Shown one piece after another: positions 20,622 to 31,554 of a stretch of 33,000 nucleotides of DNA. How positions within the stretch are numbered: position 1 is the stretch's first letter; each line of letters begins with the position of its first letter. A program made the translations under genes and the position numbers. The notes below the pieces were generated by a model that was not told the origin of the DNA, did not search any database, and saw only the letters and a list, made by a program, of their open reading frames with translations. The DNA is from Octopus sinensis (Eukaryota). The stretch spans positions 201,996,001-202,029,000 of the forward strand of contig NC_042997.1 of assembly GCF_006345805.1 (NCBI RefSeq), given 5' to 3'.

Positions 20622-21700
20622 TGCTCCATTCAGTATCAATGGAAATAAGTGTATTTCTGTTGAATAAACACTTTCCAAAGCAATCATAACTGAACAGAAT
20701 TTTAAATTGAAATGCTAAATTTAGCTTCAGCTGTACACACAATTTTGCTATATAAATGGCGAACATCAATAGGAAAAATCTTAAACATTTACATCTAATT
20801 CTCCCCACTCGTGTAACTATTTTAAGTTCGCAAGTTGTCAGTTAAACAATTCCTGTCTTTCAATAATTGATAGTTTTCTGTGCAAAAATATTTACAACTG
20901 AGTTTTGAGAGATTATATCAGGTTAACTGACTGTAGTTTTAAGGATTGATTTAATCAGCATAAACATTGTTTTAAAAACCTAGTGAGATATTCTTGTTTT
21001 TTTTATTTGGTAAGAGGATGACACAAGTCTATCAAACCACATATAGTTTTTGAAAAACAATGTTAGAGACTATAAAATTATTTGGGTTATATTACAGCAT
21101 GCAAAACTTTGTAAACAATAACAAGAATTGTGATCTTTTGCTTCTTAAAGAAAATGAATATATTGTTTAATAAAGGCTCCATTATAAACAGCCGTTCATA
21201 TGTTTTTTGCTATCACAAATCAAAATATTTGTTAAAGTATTTTAAATCCCATCATAGCTGAAAACAGAATATTCATATAATACTTTAATCCACACTCTAA
21301 AAAAAAAGTCAATAATTCTCTTTAGTTAACATGAAAAATATGTTTTCATCATCATATATTGCAAAGACCTGCAGGCAGATAACTGAAAGACTTATGTAAT
21401 ACCATTCAAACTACATCAAAAGGATCAGCATCATCATCATCATCATCATTTAAATTTCTTTTTCCATGCTGGCTTTATGTTATTAAAGTGTTTGTTCAAA
21501 AACTCTTTATATAATGTATTTTGTATATAAATAATAGATTGTTTCATTTATTAAGAAAATGATTGTATATATATAAACTAGCATTACTTTTTAACATTTC
21601 TAAGTTCTTTAGTGGTTTAAATTTCCAATCTGTATGTATTTGAGCTAAAAAATATATAATATTGCAGTAGTTTAATATTGTGATATATGTCTGCATAATA

Positions 21701-21835
21701 CAATATATATCCTATGGGTATACGTATGCACAATATATACTTTATGGTTTCTATGTTTTCAATATACATACTCTTTGGTACATGTACGCATTGTATATAC
21801 TCTATGCTTTACATGTAGTCAATATATAGCTGATG
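21701..21835. repeat. Degenerate 29-31-bp minisatellite
   Basis: caatatata-like unit starts at 21701, 21731, 21760, 21789 and 21820. Confidence 0.75.
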
Positions 21836-21914
21836 GCCAGCTCCTTCTCCTGCTACTTGTGCTGCACATGAAGAATATAGCAATAAGTAATTCTTAAGTG
21901 AACAGAGAAATAAT
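21813..21914 (-). CDS. Candidate 102-nt exon, LFLCSLKNYLLLYSSCAAQVAGEGAGHQLYIDY
   Basis: Acceptor cacattattttcaacag, donor AT|gtaaag, A/T-ending codons; an overlapping plus-strand candidate (21830-21886) competes with it. Confidence 0.25.
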
Positions 21915-22646
21915 CTGTTGAAAATAATGTGGGAAACTGAAGACATTGTATAGAGAATGGTGCAGAATGGAAAACCGAAATCTCCTCCACTGTTTCCTTG
22001 TCATGCGTCTGAATTTAAAAGTAGATATATCGTGAATATCTATTTAATTTATTTCCAAAGTCTTTCAAAGCCTGTATCATTTTCCAAATTGACGGTTTGC
22101 TGTCTCACATTTCATTCTGTGTCTCTCCTCTGTCTCTGTGTATTCCGTTCTCAAATTGTAAAGAATATCAATTTGAATGCTTGAGGGAAAATATGCTTAG
22201 ACAGGAAGTTTGAGTCTTAAAATATTTTAAGAGAAAACAGTTTACACACACACACTGACACACACACTGACACAAGTGTGATGAAATTGATAACAAATTC
22301 AATATGGTGGTTTAAGTAGTGTCCTAGAGACAAGGTTATTTTGGTCATAGACAAAGGGTAATAGAGAGATTTAGACCAATTATCAGAAATTATTAATGTG
22401 ATAGAATGCCTCTCAGCATATGCTTTCATATCAAAGATATAGTAAAAAAAAAAAAGAAAAGAAAAGCAGCCAATTTATTTTGATAACTTTTCTGTTTGGA
22501 TGTCTGCAGAATTTAGTTTTCATATTGGATTACAGACTAGCCATGGCTACCCAAACAACTCGTTACTAGAAAGATATATAGTTCTTATAAATATTAACAT
22601 TTAAATCACTTTCATTCATGACAGCAATTGGATACCAATAATGATA

Positions 22647-22681
<35 letters not shown>

Positions 22682-22925
22682 ACTTTTATTTCACTCACTT
22701 GATAGAGTAAAATGTCTTGTAAAAAAAAAAGTCAGTGGAAAATAATGACCTCTCTGGTATAAAATGAGAACTCTTAGATACGGACACTGTATTACGTTTC
22801 TATTGATTTCTTGTAAGGTGAAATGATTGGTTTGTGAAGTAACTGCAATAGTAGACATACTACAGAGAATTCTTTCATCTTCTATTTCATCTAATTTTAG
22901 AGGATATTGTGGGTTCGTTTTTACT

Positions 22926-23502
22926 TGTTACTGTTTGCTATGTAGTTATAATGAGAGGGGACAGTGCCCATCATCATTACAGATCCCCACAAACTTTTGG
23001 ATTTGTTTCAAGGATGCTCCGGTGATAGTCTGAAGAATATGAGAATTCAGATATGTGAGCAAGGAAGAAGACAGGCTGGGAATGAGAAAGAGATGTTTTG
23101 TTTTCTATTTAATCCTCGTTTCAGTAAATGCCATTTAATGACCCTAACCTTTGAGAAACTTGGGGGATTCATTGATTCGGTTATAGGGGAAAGATCACAA
23201 TGTTTGGTGAACAGAAGACAAGCAACAAAGGCCTTGGCAAGAGAATGCAAAGGTCGCTGTCCTGAATCATATTGGCAGCATAATGCTGTGCAACTGATAA
23301 GAGGATGGAATGAGTGAAAGCTGAGCAATAGGGACTTGTGAACGAGAAATAAGAGTATGGGGAAAACAAGCTCTGTCAGTTTCTGTCAGCCTCAGCTATA
23401 GACATATAAAGTCCATGAGGCAACTTGTGTGTGTATGTGCCGGAATGATTCAGCAAGCTTGGGAAATTACGAGATGTTGCATTACCATTCCATTTTGTAA
23501 CA
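22926..23502. mobile_element. Candidate solo LTR
   Basis: 577 bp, visibly less AT-rich than its flanks, bounded by inverted termini TGTTAC...GTAACA; flanks tact and tata match only 3 of 4. Confidence 0.35.
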
Positions 23503-23744
23503 TATATGTTTGTTCACAAGACTATGTCACACCTTTCTCAAAAACTGACATCAAAATATGAGTTATCTCAGGATGACCCAATAAGGGGTTAATCACTAGC
23601 AATGTAGGTGCTACTCTATACCCTTTGTGACTATTAGTGACAACTGAAATTTTCCTGTTTGGTTTTATATTGCATCTAGCCACCTTCGTATTTTTATATA
23701 TGTGTGTGTGTATATATATATATATATATACACACACACATGTG

Positions 23745-24138
23745 CATGCCATAGTTGGCATCGATGCCAGTGCCGTCTGACTGGCACCTGTGCTGGTGGC
23801 ACGTAAAAAGTTCTGTTCAAGTGTTGGGCTTCGTGGAGGCAGTGACAGGTGACCAAGACCCTTGGCAATTACTGTGCTTGTGTAGTAGATCTGTCAAGCC
23901 AAGTGAGACTGCAGTCATGGCCAGTGTCAGTGTTAGGTCAATGACACTCATGCTGGTGGCATGTAAATAGCACCCACTACATTCTCGGAGTGGTTGGTGT
24001 TAGGAAGGACATCTAGCCATAGAAGCCTTGCTAAATCAGATTGGAACCTGGTGCAGTTCCCTGGCTTACCAGTTTTCAATCAAACCATCCAACCCATACT
24101 AGCATGGAAAGCAGATGTTAAATGATGATGATGATGAT
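23745..24138 (+). mobile_element. SINE-like family D with several internal units
   Basis: gctggtggcacgtaaaaag, gctggtggcatgtaaatagcacc, family D body and (GAT)n tail. Confidence 0.85.
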
Positions 24139-24196
24139 ACATTCTTTTACTTGTTTAAGTGAATATGTTGGAACAAATGCAATTTTAAAATATTTA

Positions 24197-24479
24197 TTTT
24201 AAACTAGATAAATATGAATGAGAAGGGCCTTTATCTAAAAACAGCATTAATTTAATAAATTAATAATCCTGTAGCTAATTTGATTGTCTATAATTATAAA
24301 CTGATATGAAACATTGCTATTAAAATTTTGATACAAATATTTTGAAAGTAATCAATATCTTGAAAAACTTTTAGATCAAGGATAAGGAATTACGTCAAGG
24401 GAAAAGAAAGTCTGTTTAGTTGGCATAGCATGTGTTTTTTAACAGAAGTAAAATTGAGTGAAATTTCTTTGAAATTCCT
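24197..24479 (+). repeat. AT-rich repeat of about 280 bp, left copy
   Basis: Inverted homologue at 25961-26235; anchors gagaagggcct and aaatttctttgaaat. Confidence 0.75.
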
Positions 24480-24644
24480 AAACAGGTTAACGTAGACTAA
24501 GCTGCTCTGTGTGCAAATATGAAGCAGGAATGATCACAGCAGCAATGCTGGTGCTCAAATCTCTGCTTAATTAGGATTGATCTGCAGTTAAACAACAATA
24601 ACAACAATGGAAATATAAATAATTGCCTGATAACTATGGAGATA

Positions 24645-25195
24645 ACTACTTTCAAACCAACATGGCAGTGTATCAAGGCGGTGAACAAAGCCAGAAGGAA
24701 TCTTTTCTTCATCTGCCGGTCCTTTGTCAACCTTTCAATGGACGTCTTTCGGCCTTTATACATCACTCTAGTTTGACCCATCCTCGAATATTGCATCCAG
24801 GCCTCAAACCCATATCTCCAGAAAGACAGCACCTGGAATGGGTTCAGCAATTAGCCAGCCAAATGGTTGTGAGCTTGTCTAAGTTTACGTATGAGGGAAC
24901 GTCTCCAATGGCTGGCATTACCTTCATTCGAATGACGTCTTTCAACATCTTCAGCAGGAATGTAAACCAACCATTTGCGGAGTTTATCACCCCTGCGCCA
25001 GATAGAGGTCTTTGTTGGCATGATCACAGACTGAATTCCCAACACTTTCGACTCAACAGGCGGAAGGCCGCATTCTCCATCCGTATCACAGGAACAAGCT
25101 ACCACAAGATGTCATTCAACTGCCTACCACTCCTCTGTTCAAAGAGGCTCTGGACAGCCGTGGCAACTACGTATATAACTGTATATAACAATTAC
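24645..25195 (+). mobile_element. 5'-truncated CR1-group LINE, ORF2 C-terminal remnant
   Basis: FKPTWQCIKAVNKARRNLFFICRSF..FRPLYITLV*PILEYCIQASNPYLQKD, then after frameshifts HLEWVQ..YE, HFRLNRRKAAFSIRI and RNKLPQDVIQLPTTPLFKEALD; these are the typical post-RT CR1 motifs. Confidence 0.85.
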
Positions 25196-25394
25196 TGGGT
25201 TTTTTTTTTTTTGGTCTTTTTACATGGCTTAAGCACATAGTGCTCTTCTCCTGCCAATGAATTTGATTTGCTTTGATTTGATTTGAGAACATGTCAACGA
25301 GTCCTTCTTTGGTGATCTAAATAGTAAAGGGTTGTTTCAAGCATTCATCAAAAGAGGGAGAGAAACATTGAGATTCATCCAATGATTATCTATA

Positions 25395-25583
25395 TTCTTT
25401 TATTTGTTTCAGTCATTTGACTGCAGCCATGCTGGAGCACCACCCTTAGCTGAACAAATCAACCCCAGGACTCATTCTTTGTAAGTCTAGTACTTATTCA
25501 GTCACTTTTGCCAAACTGCTAAGTTACAGGGATGTAAACACACTAACATCAGTTGTCAAGCTATGGTAGAGGGACAAACATAT

Positions 25584-25634
<51 letters not shown>

Positions 25635-25770
25635 CAGGCTAATTTCAGTTTCCATCTACCAAGTCCACTCACAAGGATTTGGTCAGCCAGAGATTATAGT
25701 AGAAGACACCCAAGGTGCCATGCAGTTGGTAAATGAGCTACTTACCACACACCCACTCCTGCACCTATAG
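25395..25770 (-). mobile_element. SINE family C with expanded (TA)n
   Basis: tttgtttcagtcatttgactgcagccatgctggagcacc, (TA)n at 25587-25631, ctacttaccacacacccactcctgcac. Confidence 0.85.
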
Positions 25771-25960
25771 TATATATATATATGTGTATATATATATATA
25801 TATATATTACTTTCTAGATTACCAAATGAAGGAAGGGCTCATTAGCATGTTCCTCATACTAACCTCAGGTCAGTCCTAATTAAATAGAGCTTTGGGCACC
25901 AATATTCTAGCTGTGACCATTCCTAGTTCATTTCTGACACATGGCAGTTTATCTAGAGGA

Positions 25961-26235
25961 GGGATTTCAAAGAAATTTAAACGCATTATTACTTCTACTA
26001 GAAAAAATGCATGCTACAACTGAACAGGCCTTCTTTTCCTTGATGCAATTCTTGTTTCTTCTCTAAAAATTCTTTAAAATATTGATTACATTTTAAAAAT
26101 AACAGAAAAGTTTCATATCAACCCATAATTATACATAATCAAATTAGCTATTGCATTATTCATTGATTAAATTAATTAATATCAGTTTTAGAATTAAGGC
26201 CCTTCTCTTCGTTCATATTTACCTACTTTAAAAAT
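25961..26235 (-). repeat. AT-rich repeat of about 280 bp, right (inverted) copy
   Basis: atttcaaagaaattt at 25964-25978 and aggcccttctc at 26197-26207 are exact reverse complements of 24461-24475 and 24220-24230. Confidence 0.75.
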
Positions 26236-26699
26236 AACTTTGAGATATTTTAAAATTGCATTTTTTCCAACATATTCATAGATCATCCAGTTTTAAACTG
26301 AAGCAAGTTTGCCTCATTTATCTCTAAATTCCCCTTCAGGCTGGATGTTCTTTGCCTAGTTTGGAATCTGAGTCAGTTTTTCAATTTTATTAAGATAATA
26401 TTTATTTTTAAAAAATTGAATTAAATACAATGTAGTTTTACATTTTACGTAAGTAAATCTAATCTGTTGTTACAGCTTCGTTAATTTAATGAAGTTTGTT
26501 TAAAAGTATAAAAGTAACATTTTAATGTTGTATGTAATTTTTAATTTCATAGAGAAAGCTTTACTAGTTGTCAATGATGAAGTTAGCCCCAGGAGTGCTT
26601 TTGATGAAGCAGGCCCCTGATCATCATGTCTTGTTATACATTTGGGGTATCCAGGACTATACAATCCTGTATGTCTTACCTTCTTTTTATGTGGTACAT

Positions 26700-26830
26700 T
26701 ACAGGCATGGTCATAGATTCAGAGGTCACTTCATAACCATATGGCTTCAGAAGATATCTTCTACTGTAGCCTTAGGCTAACCACTGCCTTGTGAATGAAA
26801 TTGGTAACTGGAAACTGTATAGATGCCTTT
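26700..26830 (+). mobile_element. SINE family C head fragment
   Basis: caggcatggtc...ataaccatatgg...cttctactgtagccttaggctaaccactgccttgtgaatg. Confidence 0.65.
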
Positions 26831-28316
26831 AGTGTGTATGCACACACACACTCACATGCACATCAAATTGCTGAACAAAAATGGTGGCACCAAGATTTCC
26901 TATAAATATGGTCCTGTTTACTTCTGAAACAATTTAGTGACTAGAAGGTTGTTGACTAGAAGGGCATCAAGCCATAAAATACTGTCTCAAAAGAATCTTT
27001 GTCCAACTCAAACCAGCAAAGAAAAACAGCATAAAACAAATGAACATCTAGGCATTTTCTGAGGGAGATTAGGCTATTATTTCTAGGTTGAGCTACTCCA
27101 TAGTGACTTCTCTCAATGATTTGGCTTGTTAGTTTTATACAGACATTCTGATCTAATATGTCAGATATTTCCTTTTTGTTTCAAGTGAAATTAAACATGG
27201 AATGCTTTTATACTGTTAATTGAAAGGCCTCTTAATTTCCTACATGTTATAGATTTTAAATGTTTTAAATTTATTAGAACATGTGCTGAATGTATTAGCT
27301 GTTTGATGACTCTGGTTCTATATAGCAGTGAGATATGATCAGAGACGCAGTGTTTCAGTATAGTATTACAGTGTTTTTGATCATTGTTTAGAAAATAATT
27401 TTTACTTATAAAACAGCATATTGTAAGGATGGATGGTATGTTTTATAGCTTTGATCTTTTGAAAATTTTATAACATCGAAAACATTTGCTAGTTATTCAA
27501 AAACAAAAACAAAACGAAAACTTATTAAATTTCGAGGCAGTGTTTTTGTTACTCCGTGTTATTGCTAAACTTGAATGAATGTGATCGGCATTTTAAATAT
27601 TTACAGCTGTCTAATAAAGTTATAAAAGTAGTAAAATAAAAAGAAATACTTTTTAAAAAAGGAAGAGTTATTTTCATAATTTTAGTCTCTTAGGTTCTGA
27701 TATGTTTTCCGAATTTATATTGGAATGCAATTTGGAGAGTGATTTGCTTTTTGTATTATTTTTGTTGTTGCAAAAATTCCTCAAGAACGATCACAATGGT
27801 AGTGTTTGACATTACATTCCCATGTCCTGGGAATCTTTTTTTTTTTCATTTTTTTAATGGGATTTAAAAACAAAAAAAAGTCCATAAAACTGGAATTTAT
27901 ATCTAATCTTTCATAATAATTAAGTAAATAATCTGTATTACTTAAAGTAGATTAATAATAAATGGTTTGCTAAATTTACATATGATTTTATTTTTTAATC
28001 ATAAATTTATTTTGAAATATTTCACACTGAAAATATTTAACTGGGAAAGAAAAATATTAAATTATATTGGTAAAATTTATACAATGAGCTGCTTATGTGT
28101 AAAAGAAAACTAGATATGTTCTCTACAAATTATGTTTAGGCAAAAATGTATTCAAAAGTATTTGTATAAAATATATGCAAGGCTGGTTCTTTTATGTGGT
28201 AACCAACATTTTATAGATTATTCTAATCATTTCAGATAGTTTCTTTATTAGTGAGACTTCATGTCAAAATAGTTTGTTTATTTTCTGTCTGTTTTCCATG
28301 CTGTCGTAATGTAGGC

Positions 28317-28926
28317 CAGTGGTTCTCAACTGAGGTCCATATGGCCCCTGGTAGGGTTTATATAATGTTTTTGGGTGTCCACGCAAGCAAAATAGTAAAT
28401 TAGGAATCCACAGTAATATTTTAAGGGTCAGTGGAAAGTTTTGATCTAAATCAGTGATTCCCAAACTTTTTTGGCCTGCCGCCCCCTTGACACCCAGGCC
28501 ACATTCCTAGCTCCACCACCCCAACTAACCATCACAAACATAGACCTCTTTCTGAAGCAAATGCAAAGTAACTGTATTTAACAAATAAAACTTAACCCAA
28601 TGAACCCATTATTTTGTTATTTTTACCCATTATTGCCCCACTTTTCTTCAATGCTCCCTTGGAATTTACTACCACCCCCAGGGGAGCAATACCGCCCACT
28701 TTGGGAACCACTGATTTAAATGTATGTATTGCAAGGGACATCTAGGTTTCTTTCTCTAACATCTTACATAGTTCAACCTACACAAGTTAATGGGGAAATA
28801 GCAAAATAGGAATCTTAAAATAACATCTCAAAAATTAGTTTTTAAACATCAAATAGTTATAGGGGTCCACCAGAGTAAATTAGTAGATAAAGGGGTCCAT
28901 AGGTGAAAAACGGTTGAGAACCACTG
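28317..28926. mobile_element. hAT (Charlie-type) MITE, outer element
   Basis: Perfect 14-bp TIRs CAGTGGTTCTCAAC and GTTGAGAACCACTG; no intact TSD. Confidence 0.85.
28452..28713. mobile_element. hAT MITE nested inside 28317-28926
   Basis: TIRs cagtgattcccaaa and tttgggaaccactg (13 of 14); 8-bp TSD atctaaat and atttaaat (7 of 8). Confidence 0.85.
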
Positions 28927-29114
28927 TGATAGATATATATATATATTATATACGAGGTGTTGTTTTACAGCCAGATGCTCTGCCAGTTGCTAATCCTTGC
29001 CTATTTTGCAAGTAAGGGTTTGTTTGTTTTTTTTTGTATTCCTCATTTCTTTACATGCACAAAACCAGCAGACAATCTGTTGCCAGGGAAAATAAAAAAA
29101 ATAAATGCACCTTT

Positions 29115-29346
29115 TTTAAAGCCTAGTCGGGCTCATGGGCCCAGTTTCTATGGCATATGTGTTCCGCAGCAGGACGGGACGCCAGTCCATCGCAGCATTA
29201 CTCATTTTTGCCAGCTGAGTGGACTGGAGCAACGTGAAATGAAGTGTTTTGCTCAAGAACACAATGTGTCGCCTGGTCCAGGAATCGAAACCACAATCTT
29301 ACAATCATGGTGCTGACACCCTAACCACTAAGCCACGTGCCTCCAT
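29115..29346 (-). mobile_element. tRNA-derived SINE family F
   Basis: Minus strand reads tggaggcacgtggcttagtggttaggg (A box) and ggtttcgattcc (B box); its tail is shared with family B. Confidence 0.85.
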
Positions 29347-29454
29347 GTTGCCAGGAAAAACAACAACATTACTGCTTTCTTGATCCACAATTTTCAGAGA
29401 AACACAATCATATATGCACACATGTGTACATGCTCTCTCTCTCTCTCTCTCACG

Positions 29455-29600
29455 CGCGCGACTTCTTTCAGTTTCTGTCCACCAAATCCACTCATAAGGC
29501 TTTGGTTGGTCCAAAACTAGAGCAGAAAACAGCTTACAATGGGACTGAACCCCAAAAGCACGTGATCAGGAAGGCATATGTACAATCATAGCCTGCTACA
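29455..29600 (-). mobile_element. SINE family C fragment
   Basis: gacttctttcagtttctgtccaccaaatccactcataaggctttgg...gggactgaaccc. Confidence 0.7.
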
Positions 29601-29724
29601 TTCTTTCTAAGATTCTGTAAATCATTTATCTTCAAGATCCACGATGCCATATGAAACCATTTTTCACAAATGCATTACTATAGAAAATCATGCATATACT
29701 TATCTAAATCTCTCTCTCTCACAC

Positions 29725-29774
<50 letters not shown>

Positions 29775-30072
29775 CACACACATCCATGCAGTAATCAATA
29801 CAGTAAGTAAAAAGTCTAGCATGTTCGATATAAAGTTGAGATAGAATCTCTTATTTTGCTGCTGCATATAATATATTGTCCCTTTCTTGTAAAGAAATTC
29901 TTGGCAACGTTATAGAATTCGGCATGTAACATACTATTGAGGTTTATTAAAATATTTTCTTTTTCCTCCGAATAAAGCTACATGAATGTTTCATGGTTAA
30001 TATTATTGTACCAAAGTATGTCACATATTACTTTACTCTCTTTTTTTTCTACCTCCATCATACATATTTTAG

Positions 30073-30180
30073 ATCTCAGTGGAATTAGACCCTTTATTAG
30101 ATGTAGTTTCAGAACTTTATGATGCAATATTTTACCTATTATCTTTCCGTGACTGTATTAAACTATATTTGTTATACTGA
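30073..30180 (+). CDS. Candidate exon, ISVELDPLLDVVSELYDAIFYLLSFRD(CIKLYLLY-stop)
   Basis: Long polypyrimidine acceptor ending catattttag at 30072; possible donors at 30149 or 30155; helical, protein-like composition. Confidence 0.25.
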   Translation: MSVELDPLLDVVSELYDAIFYLLSFRDCIKLYLLY

Positions 30181-30454
30181 ATATTTTCTGTTGGAAACCA
30201 TGTGCACATCAATTCTTGCATTTAACTACAAGTGTTTTAATAGATTATGTGTTAAACATTCAATCATATTTCTTTCTCGTAGTAGCAGAACTGGGTTGAT
30301 ATCGATTTGCTTCTTTCCTCCTTAGAAACTTTAGATTTTTTTTCTCTCTACAAAAGGGAAATATTGGCACTGTTTATGTCTTTTTGTGAGGAAGTCACTA
30401 GGAAACTTTGAAAAGAAATATTGTGCAAAAATATATTCTCATACATATATATAC

Positions 30455-30498
<44 letters not shown>

Positions 30499-30926
30499 TT
30501 ATATTTGGTTCATATATGCTAGAATTATTTGGCAGCAACAAGGTAAAACATCTATCTCCTAAAATTATTTTATTTAATGTTATATATTGACTTGATAAAG
30601 AATTTAGTTGGCAGTGATTGTGAATTTTAAAATAGAAATGCTGAGAAAAGTTCCCCAAACACAGACATGAGAAATTCAAGGGAATCCGGCCAAGAATATG
30701 CTTACCAACCTAAACAAAAAAGAAACAATGAAAATATATTTTGAATTATTCATGACCATAAAGCTAATATCTCTGTTTTACTTTTTCATTGAAGACATTA
30801 TTTCATTTATTAAATACTGATTAAATCATAGCTAATTGTATGTCTATCTTCACCTAGTTACTTGTTCATTATGCATGTAACAGGATTTGTCAAGATTTGC
30901 TTCTTAGGCCTCCAAGACATACATAC

Positions 30927-31009
30927 AGAATCCTTGGAATGTTTGTTCCCTATTTTATGGTTTTTTAGGTGAAGGACAGTGCACATTGTCTTTTGCAGAA
31001 CTTCTAAGT
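30927..31009 (-). CDS. Candidate 83-nt exon, (x)LEVLQKTMCTVLHLKNHKIGNKHSKDS
   Basis: Acceptor ttttctatcactgccttag, donor TCT|gtatgt; phase-compatible with a strong acceptor at 30709 that reads VGKHILGRIP. Confidence 0.2.
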
Positions 31010-31128
31010 CTAAGGCAGTGATAGAAAATAAGTGTTTCCCTCAGATGAGAGACCTCATCGGAATGCTTGTAACCCTTCGGTACATTTAGTGAACTCCTCT
31101 GAAAGTATACAAGAGCCAGGTGGTGGCA

Positions 31129-31336
31129 TTAACTCTTTAGCTTTTAAATCAGACATATGAAGCCTAAATATTTTATTTTCATGTTCAAACCAGACAGATA
31201 TGGCCCCTCACACCTGTCCTACAATGTCATTCTAAAACAATCACATCATATAAATCTCAAAGCTATGAGAGACAATGCATAATTAATTAAAAACAGTGTA
31301 ATAGGGATTAAATTTAACAGAATGCTAAGGGGTTAA
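31129..31336. mobile_element. piggyBac-type MITE, family 2
   Basis: TTAA-ctctttagc...gctaagggg-TTAA termini. Confidence 0.8.
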
Positions 31337-31554
31337 GCCTGATTACAGATTAGGCCTACTTAATCCATATCCATATTCCAGTAATATTATGTCAATTAGT
31401 CTTTTTTTTTGTATTTTTGTTTTTTGTAAATTCATATTTCTACACAGGATACAATAGTTTTGTTGAAGTAATTCATCTTACGATTGTTACCTGTTGTCAG
31501 TCTTCCAACATGGAGCAAATAGCTATGCTTCATATTCGCGGAAAGAGTTTTGAA

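Noticed and set aside
22901-23026. Plus-strand exon DIVGSFLLVTVCYVVIMRGD..
   Set aside because: Good acceptor, but most of it lies in the candidate solo LTR and it overlaps other equally open frames.
24394-24477. Minus-strand 84-nt open exon
   Set aside because: Lies within the 280-bp repeat that has a second copy at 25961-26235.
24623-25240. 205-aa ORF as a host gene
   Set aside because: A chimera of CR1 reading frames produced by frameshifts; only its middle part is in the true ORF2 frame.
26576-26620. C/D-box snoRNA (ATGATGA..TTGATGA..CTGA)
   Set aside because: Only about 45 nt between the C and D boxes, no terminal stem and no recognisable guide.
26680-26790. Minus-strand exon ending AAG|gtaaga
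   Set aside because: Mostly the reverse complement of a SINE family C head.
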